From IMG/VR virus record IMGVR_UViG_3300045988_113737: a DNA stretch of 46,747 bases; one strand, written 5' to 3'. Position 1 is the first letter of the stretch, and each line of letters begins with the position of its first letter. Of this stretch, positions 16,144 to 25,453 are shown in pieces. The position numbers and the translations under genes were made by a program. The notes under the pieces are model-generated. The model was not told the origin of the DNA. It saw nothing but the letters and a program-made list of their open reading frames with translations, and made no database searches. Source of the stretch: a virus.

Positions 16144-16495
16144 GACAGGCACCTCCCTCGTATTCGGGCCGGTGAACGCTTCTCTCGGAGTCAAACCCTT
16201 CCGGGTATCTCTTCCGCAGCTTCGCAACATTGGCCGCAAAAATGTCATCCAAGTTCTTTCCGATTGCGGAAGCTGTAATTGCCAGATACCACGCTACATC
16301 ACCAAGTTCCTCAGCAATGTGTTCGGTATCGAGAGGGTGTCCCTGAAAGGTTGCTTTCTTGATAATGTCAGCCACTTCACCGGCCTCACCACATAACCCA
16401 AGTGCGCCGTTCATTATCATGCTGTGTTCGGAATAATTCATGTCAGCCGTTCTCAGAGCGGCCTTTTGGTACTCATTTACCGTCATGATTGGCAA
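16136..16495 (-). CDS. mazG: MazG-like nucleotide pyrophosphohydrolase
   Basis: EYQKAALRTA, LGLCGEAGEVADIIKK, EELGDVAWYL. Confidence 0.85.
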   Translation of the reverse strand: MPIMTVNEYQKAALRTADMNYSEHSMIMNGALGLCGEAGEVADIIKKATFQGHPLDTEHIAEELGDVAWYLAITASAIGKNLDDIFAANVAKLRKRYPEGFDSERSVHRPEYEGGACHD

Positions 16496-16769
16496 CCTCC
16501 ATTTCCAGCACAGTCATGATTGCGTAATTTGCAAGGTCAATCAGCGTATCCCTGATAGACTCGTCATCAACCTTCTGTTCCCCGGAACGGGAAAGGGTCT
16601 TAAACCGGTTGAACTTATCTCCCAACCTGATACGGGCCATAGCCATACCTTCTTCAACAAAGGTCTGGTGAAAACTGTCCCCGTAATCATGATTTTTCCG
16701 GGCATAGAGATCATTGATTTCCTCGCAAATCTCCCGGTGCATTTGCACCTTTGTCTTTGTCGTGGTCAA
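16473..16769 (-). CDS. DUF1599-like protein
   Basis: KNHDYGDSF motif. 98 aa. Confidence 0.6.
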   Translation of the reverse strand: MTTTKTKVQMHREICEEINDLYARKNHDYGDSFHQTFVEEGMAMARIRLGDKFNRFKTLSRSGEQKVDDESIRDTLIDLANYAIMTVLEMEVANHDGK

Positions 16770-16853
16770 AGTATCTTATCCTCACTTTCCACAGTTTTTT
16801 CAACAAACCATTGGAGAGGGAGAGGGTAGATAACCGCTCTCCCTCGTCCGGTT

Positions 16854-17336
16854 TCACCCTAACAGGGCATTCAGGTCAAAAGAGGGCTTCTTTACCGTCT
16901 GAGAGGCCGCAGGAGCGGGTTTAGAGGCCGGTGCGGGTGAGGGGGCTTCTCCTTCATCCCAGCCCTCAGAGGGCCGCTTATCGGCCAGCCGAGCGAATGT
17001 GACGGTCTTATCCGGCTTGTTCTTGTTCGGCTGAACATCATGCTCCACATCACACTCAATGAAGCACCCAACGAGGTCTTCATGGTCGATCTCAGTCAGG
17101 GAGAAATCATTGAGAGCGGTTTTGGCAAAGTAACTGAAAGCGTTCAGGGCACCTTCATTGGGAGAGCCATCGGTTTTCAGCAGGGAGAAGCGTTCAATGT
17201 GCTTGGCTCCGCTCTGAGTCTGCATGGTGATCTCCAACTTGCCAAAGGCTTCCTTGTAGTTGACCGCTGTGATTTTGAACACATGAGTCCCTTCGGGAAT
17301 GAGGGTAAATCCCTCACTCAGTCCAATTTTCGCCAT
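16854..17336 (-). CDS. Putative ssDNA-binding protein (DUF669-like)
   Basis: GFTLIPEGTHVFKI N-terminus, P/A-rich linker, C-terminal FDLNALLG tail. Next to recombination genes. Confidence 0.5.
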   Translation of the reverse strand: MAKIGLSEGFTLIPEGTHVFKITAVNYKEAFGKLEITMQTQSGAKHIERFSLLKTDGSPNEGALNAFSYFAKTALNDFSLTEIDHEDLVGCFIECDVEHDVQPNKNKPDKTVTFARLADKRPSEGWDEGEAPSPAPASKPAPAASQTVKKPSFDLNALLG

Positions 17337-17350
17337 TATAGGTGTCCTCC

Positions 17351-17839
17351 TTAAACTTCAAGGTTTACCGGGAAGATGATACCTACAAGTTCGTCTTCAT
17401 CATCCGGCAACTCGGGATATTGTTTGACCAACAGAGCCTTAGCCACGGTAGAATTCGTGTCAAGGTCATAGGCATACAGGATTTCACATAGGTCGGACTT
17501 CTCAATCAAAGACCAGTCATCATTGCTGATCTTGATAGAGATAGTGCCGTCCTTGGTCTTGAAGACCCGAATGCAATCCTTGATACCACCATCGGGGAAA
17601 GGCATAATGGCCTCTGCCAGTTCTGCGTATTCAGTATGGCCGATCTGGTCAATCATCTTGGAGATTGCTTTCGGCATTTCCTGAATGGCCGCAGCTGTCA
17701 CGCTTTTCACCGTGATGGGAATTCGCATGAATACGGAAGGAGAGGCCAGCCAGCGGTCATTGATGGGGAGATCACCGACCTGCTGATTGTAGATAACGCC
17801 GCTGGAAGCAAGGGACTTCACGAATTTCTCAAACTTCAT
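17351..17839 (-). CDS. Hypothetical protein
   Basis: Start chosen at MKFEKF after GAGAGG. Confidence 0.55.
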   Translation of the reverse strand: MKFEKFVKSLASSGVIYNQQVGDLPINDRWLASPSVFMRIPITVKSVTAAAIQEMPKAISKMIDQIGHTEYAELAEAIMPFPDGGIKDCIRVFKTKDGTISIKISNDDWSLIEKSDLCEILYAYDLDTNSTVAKALLVKQYPELPDDEDELVGIIFPVNLEV

Positions 17840-17849
17840 AGCGCACCTC

Positions 17850-17948
17850 TCACTTTTTCTTGCTGACCCAGATAGCATAGACAATGCTTGCCATCAACTC
17901 TACCATAACGGTAGCCAGAACACCGGCCACAAAGGGGTCAATATACAT
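17850..17948 (-). CDS. Small membrane peptide (32 aa)
   Basis: AAGGAGG RBS. MYIDPFVAGVLATVMVELMASIVYAIWVSKKK. Confidence 0.45.
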   Translation of the reverse strand: MYIDPFVAGVLATVMVELMASIVYAIWVSKKK

Positions 17949-17951
17949 CGT

Positions 17952-18992
17952 TCAGTCCTCCTTAATCGCTTTCGGGGTAATCCGGTAACTGTCTTCCATG
18001 GTGGTGTACTTCTCCAACACACCGTCCGCTTTCATAGCGTCCTTATTGATCTTAGAGGTAGAAGTACGGCTGACCTCCCAAGTGTAAGCCTTACCGGTGA
18101 TAGACACCTTCTTATCCCCATCCCGGAACTGCGACATAGCAGACTTTTTAATCATATCGGTCAGGGTCTTATACCGCTTCTCGTCCTCGGCCATCTCTGC
18201 GGCATGAGCGTCCAGTTTGGCTTTCAGGGCTTCCGCCTCGGACACTAGATCAGCCAAGTCCGTTTCCGGGGACAGGTTATTGGTACGGAGAACCTTCAAG
18301 ATTTCTGCGTCCTGCTTCTCGTCATAAGCGGGAGAGAGGCCGGTTTCCACATGGTCTTTCCACCATTTCAGAGCCGGTTTCACATACCGCTTCTCGAAGT
18401 CCGGGTAACGCTCGGACACCTTGAAAGGCCGAGTAATGGTGTTTGCGGAACTGCACACAAAGTTTTCCGGGGCCTCGTAGTCAGAGGGGTCAAGGAAGGA
18501 GGCCACCATGATAACGCTGTCCACTCCCAGAAGGTGAGCATAGAGCGCAGCTTGCAGGGCATAATACTCGGGAATGTCCTCAGCCCAATCCTCTACCCGC
18601 TTGGAGGTCTTCATTTCAAGGACAGCCATGGGCTTACCGGTCTTGTCGCACAGCAGGTAGTCCCACATACCACCGAAGACAGCCACATCAGGGAAGAAGT
18701 CACCAAAGGTTCTTTTGAAGTAATCCTCCCCGAACCGGTCAGTCGGAGTCACCAGATTGCTCATAAAGTAGGTGTTCTTCATGTACTCCGCCTGTTTCGG
18801 TTCGATGATCTTACCGGCTCTGGTGTAAATGGTGTCTTCAAAGGTCTTCTGGTAGGTACGAGTGATCTCGCACCATACCTCAAAGGGAGTAGACCACGGG
18901 TTCAGCCCCAAAACGGTAGCAAACCGAGTTGCCGTCAACTTCTTAGGACGCTTGGGCGGAACAATCTGAATTTTGTTGTCAAGCCATTCCAT
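17952..18992 (-). CDS. YqaJ-type (lambda Exo-like) recombination exonuclease
   Basis: LTATRFATVLGLNPWSTPFEVW and LEMKTSKR motifs. Adjacent to ERF. Confidence 0.8.
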   Translation of the reverse strand: MEWLDNKIQIVPPKRPKKLTATRFATVLGLNPWSTPFEVWCEITRTYQKTFEDTIYTRAGKIIEPKQAEYMKNTYFMSNLVTPTDRFGEDYFKRTFGDFFPDVAVFGGMWDYLLCDKTGKPMAVLEMKTSKRVEDWAEDIPEYYALQAALYAHLLGVDSVIMVASFLDPSDYEAPENFVCSSANTITRPFKVSERYPDFEKRYVKPALKWWKDHVETGLSPAYDEKQDAEILKVLRTNNLSPETDLADLVSEAEALKAKLDAHAAEMAEDEKRYKTLTDMIKKSAMSQFRDGDKKVSITGKAYTWEVSRTSTSKINKDAMKADGVLEKYTTMEDSYRITPKAIKED

Positions 18993-18994
18993 GA

Positions 18995-19747
18995 TTAACC
19001 CTCCTGTGCTTCATAGGCCGTCAGCATATCTGCAACTCCGGCAATCAACTGGTCACACACATCAGCGGTGATCTTTGTGAACCCCTCAGTTTTCACCGCA
19101 ACACTCTGGACAAAGGACTCCTGATCGGGGTCAAGTTCCATGAGCTTTTTCAGGGAGGTTTTCAGATTGGCAATCTGTTCCTCACTGGCGGCATTCTCAG
19201 GAGCGGAAGTCAGCTCAGACTTGATCTCCTGCCGCTGTTCCTGCGTGACAGGGGCTTTCCGGGTCTTCTTGGGAGCGGGAGTAGGAGCGTCCTGACCATC
19301 CTCTCCACCGGAGATATTGTCAATGCTGTCGGCCTCGATAATGTCAAGAACCAACTGCCAGAGATACCGGCGAATGTAGGTGATAGAACTGCCAAGGGCC
19401 TGCATTTCATTCGTAACCACCTTGCCGGTGTTCGAGATGATCGGGGCAATCTGGGTGAAAGGAACCTCAAAGACAACCGGCTCTTCCTCACGGTCATCAC
19501 AGTTATAGACCTTGGCGGTAGCGAAGTCCTTGCCAACGGTGGGAACCATCAGAAGACCAACCTCGGCAAAGATGGACTCTGCGGTGGGAACAATGTCTTG
19601 CAGCTCGAAGTACATGAACTCCAAGTGAATGTTCTTACCGGTCTTCTTCACCCCGGCTTGCAGGAACTTCAACCGGGCCAGCTGCAACTTTGCAAGGGCA
19701 TTCATGGTGCTGTAATCAACAGCGGGAGCGGGAGTTTTGGTAGCCAT
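18995..19747 (-). CDS. ERF-family single-strand annealing protein
   Basis: YFELQDIVP and QALGSSITYIRRYL motifs. Confidence 0.8.
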   Translation of the reverse strand: MATKTPAPAVDYSTMNALAKLQLARLKFLQAGVKKTGKNIHLEFMYFELQDIVPTAESIFAEVGLLMVPTVGKDFATAKVYNCDDREEEPVVFEVPFTQIAPIISNTGKVVTNEMQALGSSITYIRRYLWQLVLDIIEADSIDNISGGEDGQDAPTPAPKKTRKAPVTQEQRQEIKSELTSAPENAASEEQIANLKTSLKKLMELDPDQESFVQSVAVKTEGFTKITADVCDQLIAGVADMLTAYEAQEG

Positions 19748-19750
19748 CTG

Positions 19751-19885
19751 TTATACCTCCTGAAACTTCTTCAAAAATTTGTGAGAGCTGATATATTCGT
19801 TCATCTTAGCTCTCTGCTTTCCTGCGGCCCTGCGGCGGCTAAAGAAAAGCCGTCTGCGTTCCGCTCTTCCGGGATTTTTCTTCAT
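19751..19885 (-). CDS. Small basic protein (44 aa)
   Basis: ATG overlaps the upstream stop (ATGA). MKKNPGRAERRRLFFSRRRAAGKQRAK... Confidence 0.4.
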   Translation of the reverse strand: MKKNPGRAERRRLFFSRRRAAGKQRAKMNEYISSHKFLKKFQEV

Positions 19886-20157
19886 ATTGAACCCTCCAAT
19901 AATTTCAAAAGATTTCTTTTTGTGACGGCAACCATTGTGTCACCGCTCAACATCTTCCATCGGAACTTCCGATCTTTCGGTACGAGATCAAGGTCTTCTG
20001 CTTGGAAACGGAGATCGAAGTCATGAACCGTATGACCGTCTGCGTGAAAGGAAACAGGGGAGTCCCTATCCCACTTCAAGAGAAGTTTCCACAGGTCAGG
20101 GTACTCTTTTCTAAGAATTCGCAGCTGGTCTATCCCTTGATTGTGACAAAACCAACA

Positions 20158-20166
20158 CCCCCCCCC
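20158..20166. repeat. C9 (coding-strand G9) homopolymer, frame-switch point 2
   Basis: ...TATRGG in one frame continues as CWFCHNQG in the +1 frame exactly at the run. Confidence 0.9.
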
Positions 20167-20374
20167 GTGTTGCCGTGGTATAAATCGGAGATAGTAGTCC
20201 TCGCTCTTCACACCACTTCCGGCAATCGGCCTCTGTCCATCCGATTTCCACTAAGGGCATTTTGAACCCCGGTTTATCATGCCTCTGTATGCGCTCAGGC
20301 TCGTCAGCGGCTATGCCAAGGTACTGCACAATATTTGTTCCGGCTCCTTGTGCAAGGGAGCTGCGTGAAAACCC

Positions 20375-20542
20375 GGCGTTTGAGGTCGCTGGTACACCAC
20401 GGGCCTTTGATGATCGGGAACCCGAGGATAAGACCCGTCTTTGAGTTTCTTGCACCATGCGCTGACCGTAAACGGGAACCCGTTGCAGATTTCGAAGTTT
20501 GAGTCTGCTGTTGCACCATGGAGCGAGGCGGGGTGGGAACCC
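20375..20542 (-). repeat. Three diverged tandem 58-61-nt cassettes, each encoding GFP-x5-WC-x2/3-LK in a different frame
   Basis: Units begin gggttccc at 20542, 20481 and 20423. They translate as GFPPRLAPWCNSRLK, GFPFTVSAWCKKLK and GFPIIKGPWCTSDLK. Confidence 0.85.
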
Positions 20543-20556
20543 GGCAATCGGAGATA

Positions 20557-20565
20557 CCCCCCCCC
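20557..20565. repeat. C9 (coding-strand G9) homopolymer, frame-switch point 1
   Basis: Follows ...DRFGEGG. The three downstream frames each contain one motif cassette. Confidence 0.9.
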
Positions 20566-20889
20566 TTCACCGAAACGATCTAAGGTCTTTTTCTTCCTTA
20601 CCGGGATATGGTAAAACAGTTTCTCATAAGTCAACTTTTCACCGTTCCGAACGGCACATTGATGTTCTACCTCAATCCCATACCGCTCTCGAATGATTTC
20701 ATCGGCTTTTGCTTTGAATTGAACCATTGGAGGCAGATCAGCCGGAATATCATCGGTAGCCCAAACCTCAGCATGGGTAATTCGGTCAAGCGGCCAACCA
20801 AGCTCTTCAATGGCTCCCAAACAAGCCAAACTGTCCTTACCATAGGAGAGCGAAAGAACATACTCGGTGTTAGGTTCTCTTTGCATACC

Positions 20890-22734
20890 CTATCCCTCCA
20901 ATAAGGATAACAGGGTTTTCTTCACCTTGTTCACCTTCCGGGTATTCCTCTTAGGAGGCTTCTGCCCGAGAAAATCACGGACATACCGCTTTGCCAGCCG
21001 GATATACCAATCACGGTCAACTACATCAATGCTTAGGTGATTATCATTGTCCACTACACACCTTGAAGGAAGACCGGCAATCTTGACCGGAGTGCCGGTG
21101 GTGAGGTGCATTTTGTAGAGCGTCCCGAACCGGTGATCTTCGGTAGCATACACACGGTTGACCTTCTGCACAACATTCAATTCTCCGTCAACTTCATGAA
21201 GAGCGTCACCATACTTACTTCCGGCCTTGGCTACCAACTGGAAATCTAAGAGCCGATCACACTCCATAATGGTCTTCTCTACCGGTACACCGTAGGCCAG
21301 ATAATCCTTGACGGCCCTGGCTACCACACAAGCATTGTTGTTGATGTTGAACGCTCCTGCTGGTGCAATGCCCCGAACAAGAACCCCGCCTTTGATTTTC
21401 GGCTCCCCCTCGAAGGGAACCTCTACATAATTGTTCACATCTTTCTGGCAGATCATCTTTATCAGGTCTTCTTCCAACTCGAACCCGGTACGCTGTTCCC
21501 ATTCCTGAGTGATTTCCTGATACCGGGTAACATCGGAGTCATCAAGGCTAACCATGATACCATCAGTGTTAAGCTGGATGATTTTCAGCGTGGGGCATTC
21601 CTGAGTGAGATGGACGGCCATTTCAAGTAGCTGCAACTGGCCTGAGATACATACTGACCGGCCCATGAGAGAGTCATAGAGGTCATTGTACTGATTGAGC
21701 ATAGCCCCGTAGGTGGTGTTCAGAACCAGTTTCAGAGCGTTTGCCGTAGCCTTATCCCCTGACTTCTTCGCCTTGACACGCCGCTCAATGGTGGCGGCAT
21801 ACACATCGGGAGAGGGAATGTTCCGGCTACAATACCCATTCAAGATCATCTGGTGAGGGTAGTAACTGGCAACATCTTTATTCCGAATGGAGCGAGTTTC
21901 CGTGGCTTCTTCCCGGTAACAGGGAATTGCGCCGTGAATACCTCCGTAGGCAATCGTGCAAGGGCAATCTCCCACGGTGATCTCCAACTTTTCCTTGAAC
22001 ACTACCTCATTGGGAATGCTCATGTCTTTCAGCCGGTCAAAGAAGTCAAACACCTTTTGCGGGATATACTGCTTCAACAGAGCCGGTGGGTACTGGTACT
22101 CACGCTCGTCATAGTGGGGCTTCGGTTCTGCGTCAAGGTAAGCTGCGGTCAACTTGGCATTGGTCATATAGAGGGCCTTTGCTGGGTAAATTCCCTTTTC
22201 TTTCCCCAGAGTAAGTTTGCTGGAAAGATAACCCTGCCGCAGATCGTCCAACTGGTCAGTTGCGTCTACATCGTGCTTGCAGTAAAAAATGACTTCATCA
22301 AGTTCCTGCTGAGTGAGAGGCCGGTTGATGTTAAAACTTACCGTTGTTTCTCGAATATCCATCCCCAAGTGCGCTTCAATGGCTTTCAGGGATAGACCCA
22401 TCTGGCAGTCATCCATGAGATCATATTGGTCAAAATAGACCCGGCTCTCACACAGATCAGGGTGTTCCCACCCCTCATGTCCCTGCACGATGATAAAATC
22501 GTTGACTGCTTTGACCTGTTCCGGGGTATAATCACAGAGGACGGCTTTCAAAATGAACTGGTCATAGTGCTTATTATTGAAGCCTCCCAAAAGGGGTTCT
22601 TGCTCCATGAACTGGCGCACAGCCTCATTATCGTTGTGGATGACCGTGTACTCTTTCGTGGTCTTGTGCTTAAAAACAAAGAGCCAATCGAAAGCGAAAA
22701 CCTCACAGTCAAAAATATAGCGATCATCAATCAT
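20890..22734 (-). CDS. Family-B DNA polymerase with 3'-5' exonuclease
   Basis: Exo motifs FDCEVF, NKHYDQFIL, YCKHDVD. Polymerase motifs DVASYYPH (A), KLVLNTTYGAM (B), LNTDGIMV (C). Confidence 0.85.
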   Translation of the reverse strand: MIDDRYIFDCEVFAFDWLFVFKHKTTKEYTVIHNDNEAVRQFMEQEPLLGGFNNKHYDQFILKAVLCDYTPEQVKAVNDFIIVQGHEGWEHPDLCESRVYFDQYDLMDDCQMGLSLKAIEAHLGMDIRETTVSFNINRPLTQQELDEVIFYCKHDVDATDQLDDLRQGYLSSKLTLGKEKGIYPAKALYMTNAKLTAAYLDAEPKPHYDEREYQYPPALLKQYIPQKVFDFFDRLKDMSIPNEVVFKEKLEITVGDCPCTIAYGGIHGAIPCYREEATETRSIRNKDVASYYPHQMILNGYCSRNIPSPDVYAATIERRVKAKKSGDKATANALKLVLNTTYGAMLNQYNDLYDSLMGRSVCISGQLQLLEMAVHLTQECPTLKIIQLNTDGIMVSLDDSDVTRYQEITQEWEQRTGFELEEDLIKMICQKDVNNYVEVPFEGEPKIKGGVLVRGIAPAGAFNINNNACVVARAVKDYLAYGVPVEKTIMECDRLLDFQLVAKAGSKYGDALHEVDGELNVVQKVNRVYATEDHRFGTLYKMHLTTGTPVKIAGLPSRCVVDNDNHLSIDVVDRDWYIRLAKRYVRDFLGQKPPKRNTRKVNKVKKTLLSLLEG

Positions 22735-22755
22735 CTTTCACACAGGCACCTCCTT

Positions 22756-23370
22756 TTACAAATTTCCCCATTGGTCAACCATGGCCTTTGCAATACCGGG
22801 GAAGGTCTTAGACGCTGTTACAGGGTCATGTGCCGTTCCTTTTGACCCTCCGCCTCCACGAGAAAAAGCCCCTGTATTGCTGGGAAGAAATGGAGTGTGT
22901 TCAGTCATGATTTTTGTAGGTTGAAGAGGCGGCAAGCCTTTCAGCCACAAGAGCGTTGCTTTACTGTATGGATGACCATATTCGTAGGGTTGAATGACCT
23001 GTGTAGGGGGGGGAAGTCTTACAACTTTCAATGGCCTTGGGTTCTCAACACAAATTCTGGGACAATCGGCCATTAAAAATCTCATGAAAAACGCTTTCGC
23101 TTTCATAGCGAGGTCATAGCGTTCTTGTGACAACTCTCCCGCCTTGGGGTACATCCATCTGGCTCCTGCCTTGCTCATGTAGGTACAAGGTGGATGGGCG
23201 ATAATCATATCCCACCTGATTTTCAGAATTTCAAGAGCGTCCGCCCGAAGATGATACTCAGGGTGTCCACCACTACACTCTACAAGATCACAACTATAAG
23301 CCTCGTGCCCGGCCTCCCGGAATGCGTTCGCCACGGTCTGGCTCTCTTCACAAGCAACAAGAACTCTCAC
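22756..23370 (-). CDS. Cytosine-C5 methyltransferase-like protein (short form)
   Basis: HPPCTYMS (PPC) and CVENPR (ENV-like) motifs. GTG start overlaps the helicase stop (GTGA). Confidence 0.45.
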   Translation of the reverse strand: MRVLVACEESQTVANAFREAGHEAYSCDLVECSGGHPEYHLRADALEILKIRWDMIIAHPPCTYMSKAGARWMYPKAGELSQERYDLAMKAKAFFMRFLMADCPRICVENPRPLKVVRLPPPTQVIQPYEYGHPYSKATLLWLKGLPPLQPTKIMTEHTPFLPSNTGAFSRGGGGSKGTAHDPVTASKTFPGIAKAMVDQWGNL

Positions 23371-24767
23371 CTTACCGCCCCCTCTAACCAATGACAGCCA
23401 AGTTTGCGGTAAGTGGTACAGCGTTTCTTGAAGCTGCGGACGAGATACTGAATACCGTTGTCCACATAATCATAGACAACAGGTGTCACCTTTCCTTCAA
23501 AGGTACGGGCAACCCGGCCCACACTCTGAGCGATCACGGCATAATCTTTTTGGGGAGTCACTAAATAGAGCCGGTCAAGCCGTGGAATGTCCAGCCCCTC
23601 TTTTGCCAAAGCATAGGTGGCGAAGAGGAAGTGTTTCTTACCGGCTCTCATATCCTCAATGGCTTTTTCTCTTTGAGTTTTACCCTTTTTGGAAGTCATC
23701 TTCCCATCTACCATGACTGACTTATCTCTCAGTTCTTTTGGTAAATGCTTCATGAGATATTCCAAGTGAGAGAGCCTATCGGAGAGAATGAGATTGTAGT
23801 GACTGCCATTAGTCACCAGATCACAGACAATTTGCCCGTTCCGGCGAAAATCCTCAGCCAAATAATTTACCAGTTTCGCATAGATAATCGTGCCGTCAGT
23901 ATCAAGGAACTCTTTACTCAGGCCAATGTTTGTGTACCGGGGAAGAATGCTGACCGTCATGATCTTATCCGCTACGGCTTCGTCCGGCACCTGATAGGCT
24001 ATCTTTCCAAGTAAGGCATAGGTAGCTGCGATCATACCATCTGCCCGGTGAACCGTTGCAGAGAGGCCATATTTATGCCGTGCGGCCAGAGCATTCAGCA
24101 CCTTGGAGAACTGCGTGACTGCGGTAGGTGTACCGGCTACCCGATGGCACTCGTCCACGATGACACAACCCCAAGTGTTCTTATACCGATCAAGGTCGAG
24201 ATTGCACATGGTCTGAACCGTAGCAAAGGTGATACCTCTGCCAATGTGAACCCTTCCCTCGGTGATTGTACCGGTCAAGTCAGGGTTCATATACATCTCA
24301 GCCCGGTTTTTGCTTTGCAGAAGCAAATCTCTCGTGTGGGTCAGCCACAGTGTCTTTTCACCTATCGCACAGGCCAGAGCAATTCCGATCTGGGTTTTTC
24401 CTGAACCCGCCGCACTTTGCAAAATTCCCTTTCCGCTTTCCACCAGGGCGGCTTTCGCCTGTTCCTGATACTCATAGAGGGGAACAACACACTGGTAATC
24501 TACCGGTTCCTGCTTGGCAAATTCCATGGACACATCAATGAACGGGGATAGCCTGAGAACATCATTGAAGCACCCATAAGGGAGAACCAGTGTGTTTGCG
24601 TCCCACTCCATCAGATACAACTTCTGGGGAGTGTTCCCGAGCCAAAGGTTCATTCTGGCCTTTTTGGTGTAGTCCGGGTTTGCCAGTACCAGATTTTTCT
24701 TACACCACGCAATCAGTTCCGGGGAAGGGTCTTCAATGCGAAGCCGGTTTGATACTACCATCCGCAT
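23367..24767 (-). CDS. SF2 DEAD/DEAH-box helicase
   Basis: Walker A AAGSGKTQ, DECH box, QSVGRVAR. Start MRMVV overlaps the resolvase stop. Confidence 0.85.
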   Translation of the reverse strand: MRMVVSNRLRIEDPSPELIAWCKKNLVLANPDYTKKARMNLWLGNTPQKLYLMEWDANTLVLPYGCFNDVLRLSPFIDVSMEFAKQEPVDYQCVVPLYEYQEQAKAALVESGKGILQSAAGSGKTQIGIALACAIGEKTLWLTHTRDLLLQSKNRAEMYMNPDLTGTITEGRVHIGRGITFATVQTMCNLDLDRYKNTWGCVIVDECHRVAGTPTAVTQFSKVLNALAARHKYGLSATVHRADGMIAATYALLGKIAYQVPDEAVADKIMTVSILPRYTNIGLSKEFLDTDGTIIYAKLVNYLAEDFRRNGQIVCDLVTNGSHYNLILSDRLSHLEYLMKHLPKELRDKSVMVDGKMTSKKGKTQREKAIEDMRAGKKHFLFATYALAKEGLDIPRLDRLYLVTPQKDYAVIAQSVGRVARTFEGKVTPVVYDYVDNGIQYLVRSFKKRCTTYRKLGCHWLEGAVR

Positions 24768-25165
24768 TTCAACACCCACGCTTCCAGAGGAAGCCCATAC
24801 TGACGAATATCCGGGAGGTAGATAGATTTCCGGTTCAGCATGAAACTTTCCATATCTGCCAGAGATAGGAACCAGATTTCTTCGTTTGTCAGGAGAAGAG
24901 CGAACCACCCTTCACCGTTCCCAGTCTGCCTCCACAATCTCATAGCCGAATACTGATTTTCTTCAATTCGATCAAGACGGAAAATGTTTTTCTCGCACAC
25001 CTTACAGTCAATGGGATAGGTGTTACCGTGTCGAGCTGCGATCACATCGAAAGGCTGACCCTGCTTGTTCTGAGCGAGGTTGTGCGCCCAGAAGCCAAAA
25101 TCCGAAAGCCTACGGCATAGTGTCTGCTCGAAGGAAGTGCCTACCTTGCGGTTATCATTGGTCAT
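24755..25165 (-). CDS. Hjc-like PD-(D/E)xK Holliday-junction resolvase
   Basis: GTSFEQ..., QPFDVIA, YPIDCKV. Start MTNDN after GGAGAG. Confidence 0.6.
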   Translation of the reverse strand: MTNDNRKVGTSFEQTLCRRLSDFGFWAHNLAQNKQGQPFDVIAARHGNTYPIDCKVCEKNIFRLDRIEENQYSAMRLWRQTGNGEGWFALLLTNEEIWFLSLADMESFMLNRKSIYLPDIRQYGLPLEAWVLKCGW

Positions 25166-25400
25166 GGAAATCACTCTCCATTTCCGCAATGTGTACCGTC
25201 AGGTCGTGAACCTTGGCTTTCAGGTCTGTAATAGACCTTGCCAGATTGTTTTCTCGTTCGGCCTGTTCTTCCCGCAAGGCTCTGAAATACTTTAGAGCGT
25301 CAAAGCCCATATACTTGTCAATCAGGTATTCGAGATCGTCAACAGAGAACAGGGTTTCGTTCTTTCCGTTTATCAGCGTAATAACCCTTGGGTATTGCAT
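25155..25400 (-). CDS. Hypothetical protein (81 aa, coiled-coil C-terminus)
   Basis: Track ORF with AAAGGAGAAG RBS. Confidence 0.6.
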   Translation of the reverse strand: MQYPRVITLINGKNETLFSVDDLEYLIDKYMGFDALKYFRALREEQAERENNLARSITDLKAKVHDLTVHIAEMESDFHDQ

Positions 25401-25416
25401 ATCTTCTCCTTTCTCA

Positions 25417-25434
25417 CCGCCCCTTCCGGGGCGG
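25417..25434 (-). promoter_or_regulatory. GC hairpin downstream of VR2 (DGR target-recognition-type element)
   Basis: ccgcccc-ttcc-ggggcgg, 20 nt past the stop codon. Same sequence as 35956..35973. Confidence 0.7.
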
Positions 25435-25453
25435 GATGATACGGGATTTTGGA

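Larger units (their letters stand above)
19882..20886 (-). pseudogene. PAPS-reductase/PP-loop ATPase-like gene split into three frames
   Basis: N-terminal piece SLSYGKDS (20311..20886). Middle piece NIVQYLGIAADEPERI...TATRGG (frame of 20111..20458). C-terminal piece CWFCHNQG... (19882..20211). Frame changes coincide with two C9 runs. Confidence 0.8.

Noticed and set aside
20111-20570. Treating 20311..20886, 20304..20570, 20111..20458 and 19882..20211 as four independent overlapping genes
   Set aside because: Their translations are consecutive parts of one PAPS-reductase-like protein, and the frame changes coincide with homopolymer runs. Annotated as one disrupted or recoded gene instead.
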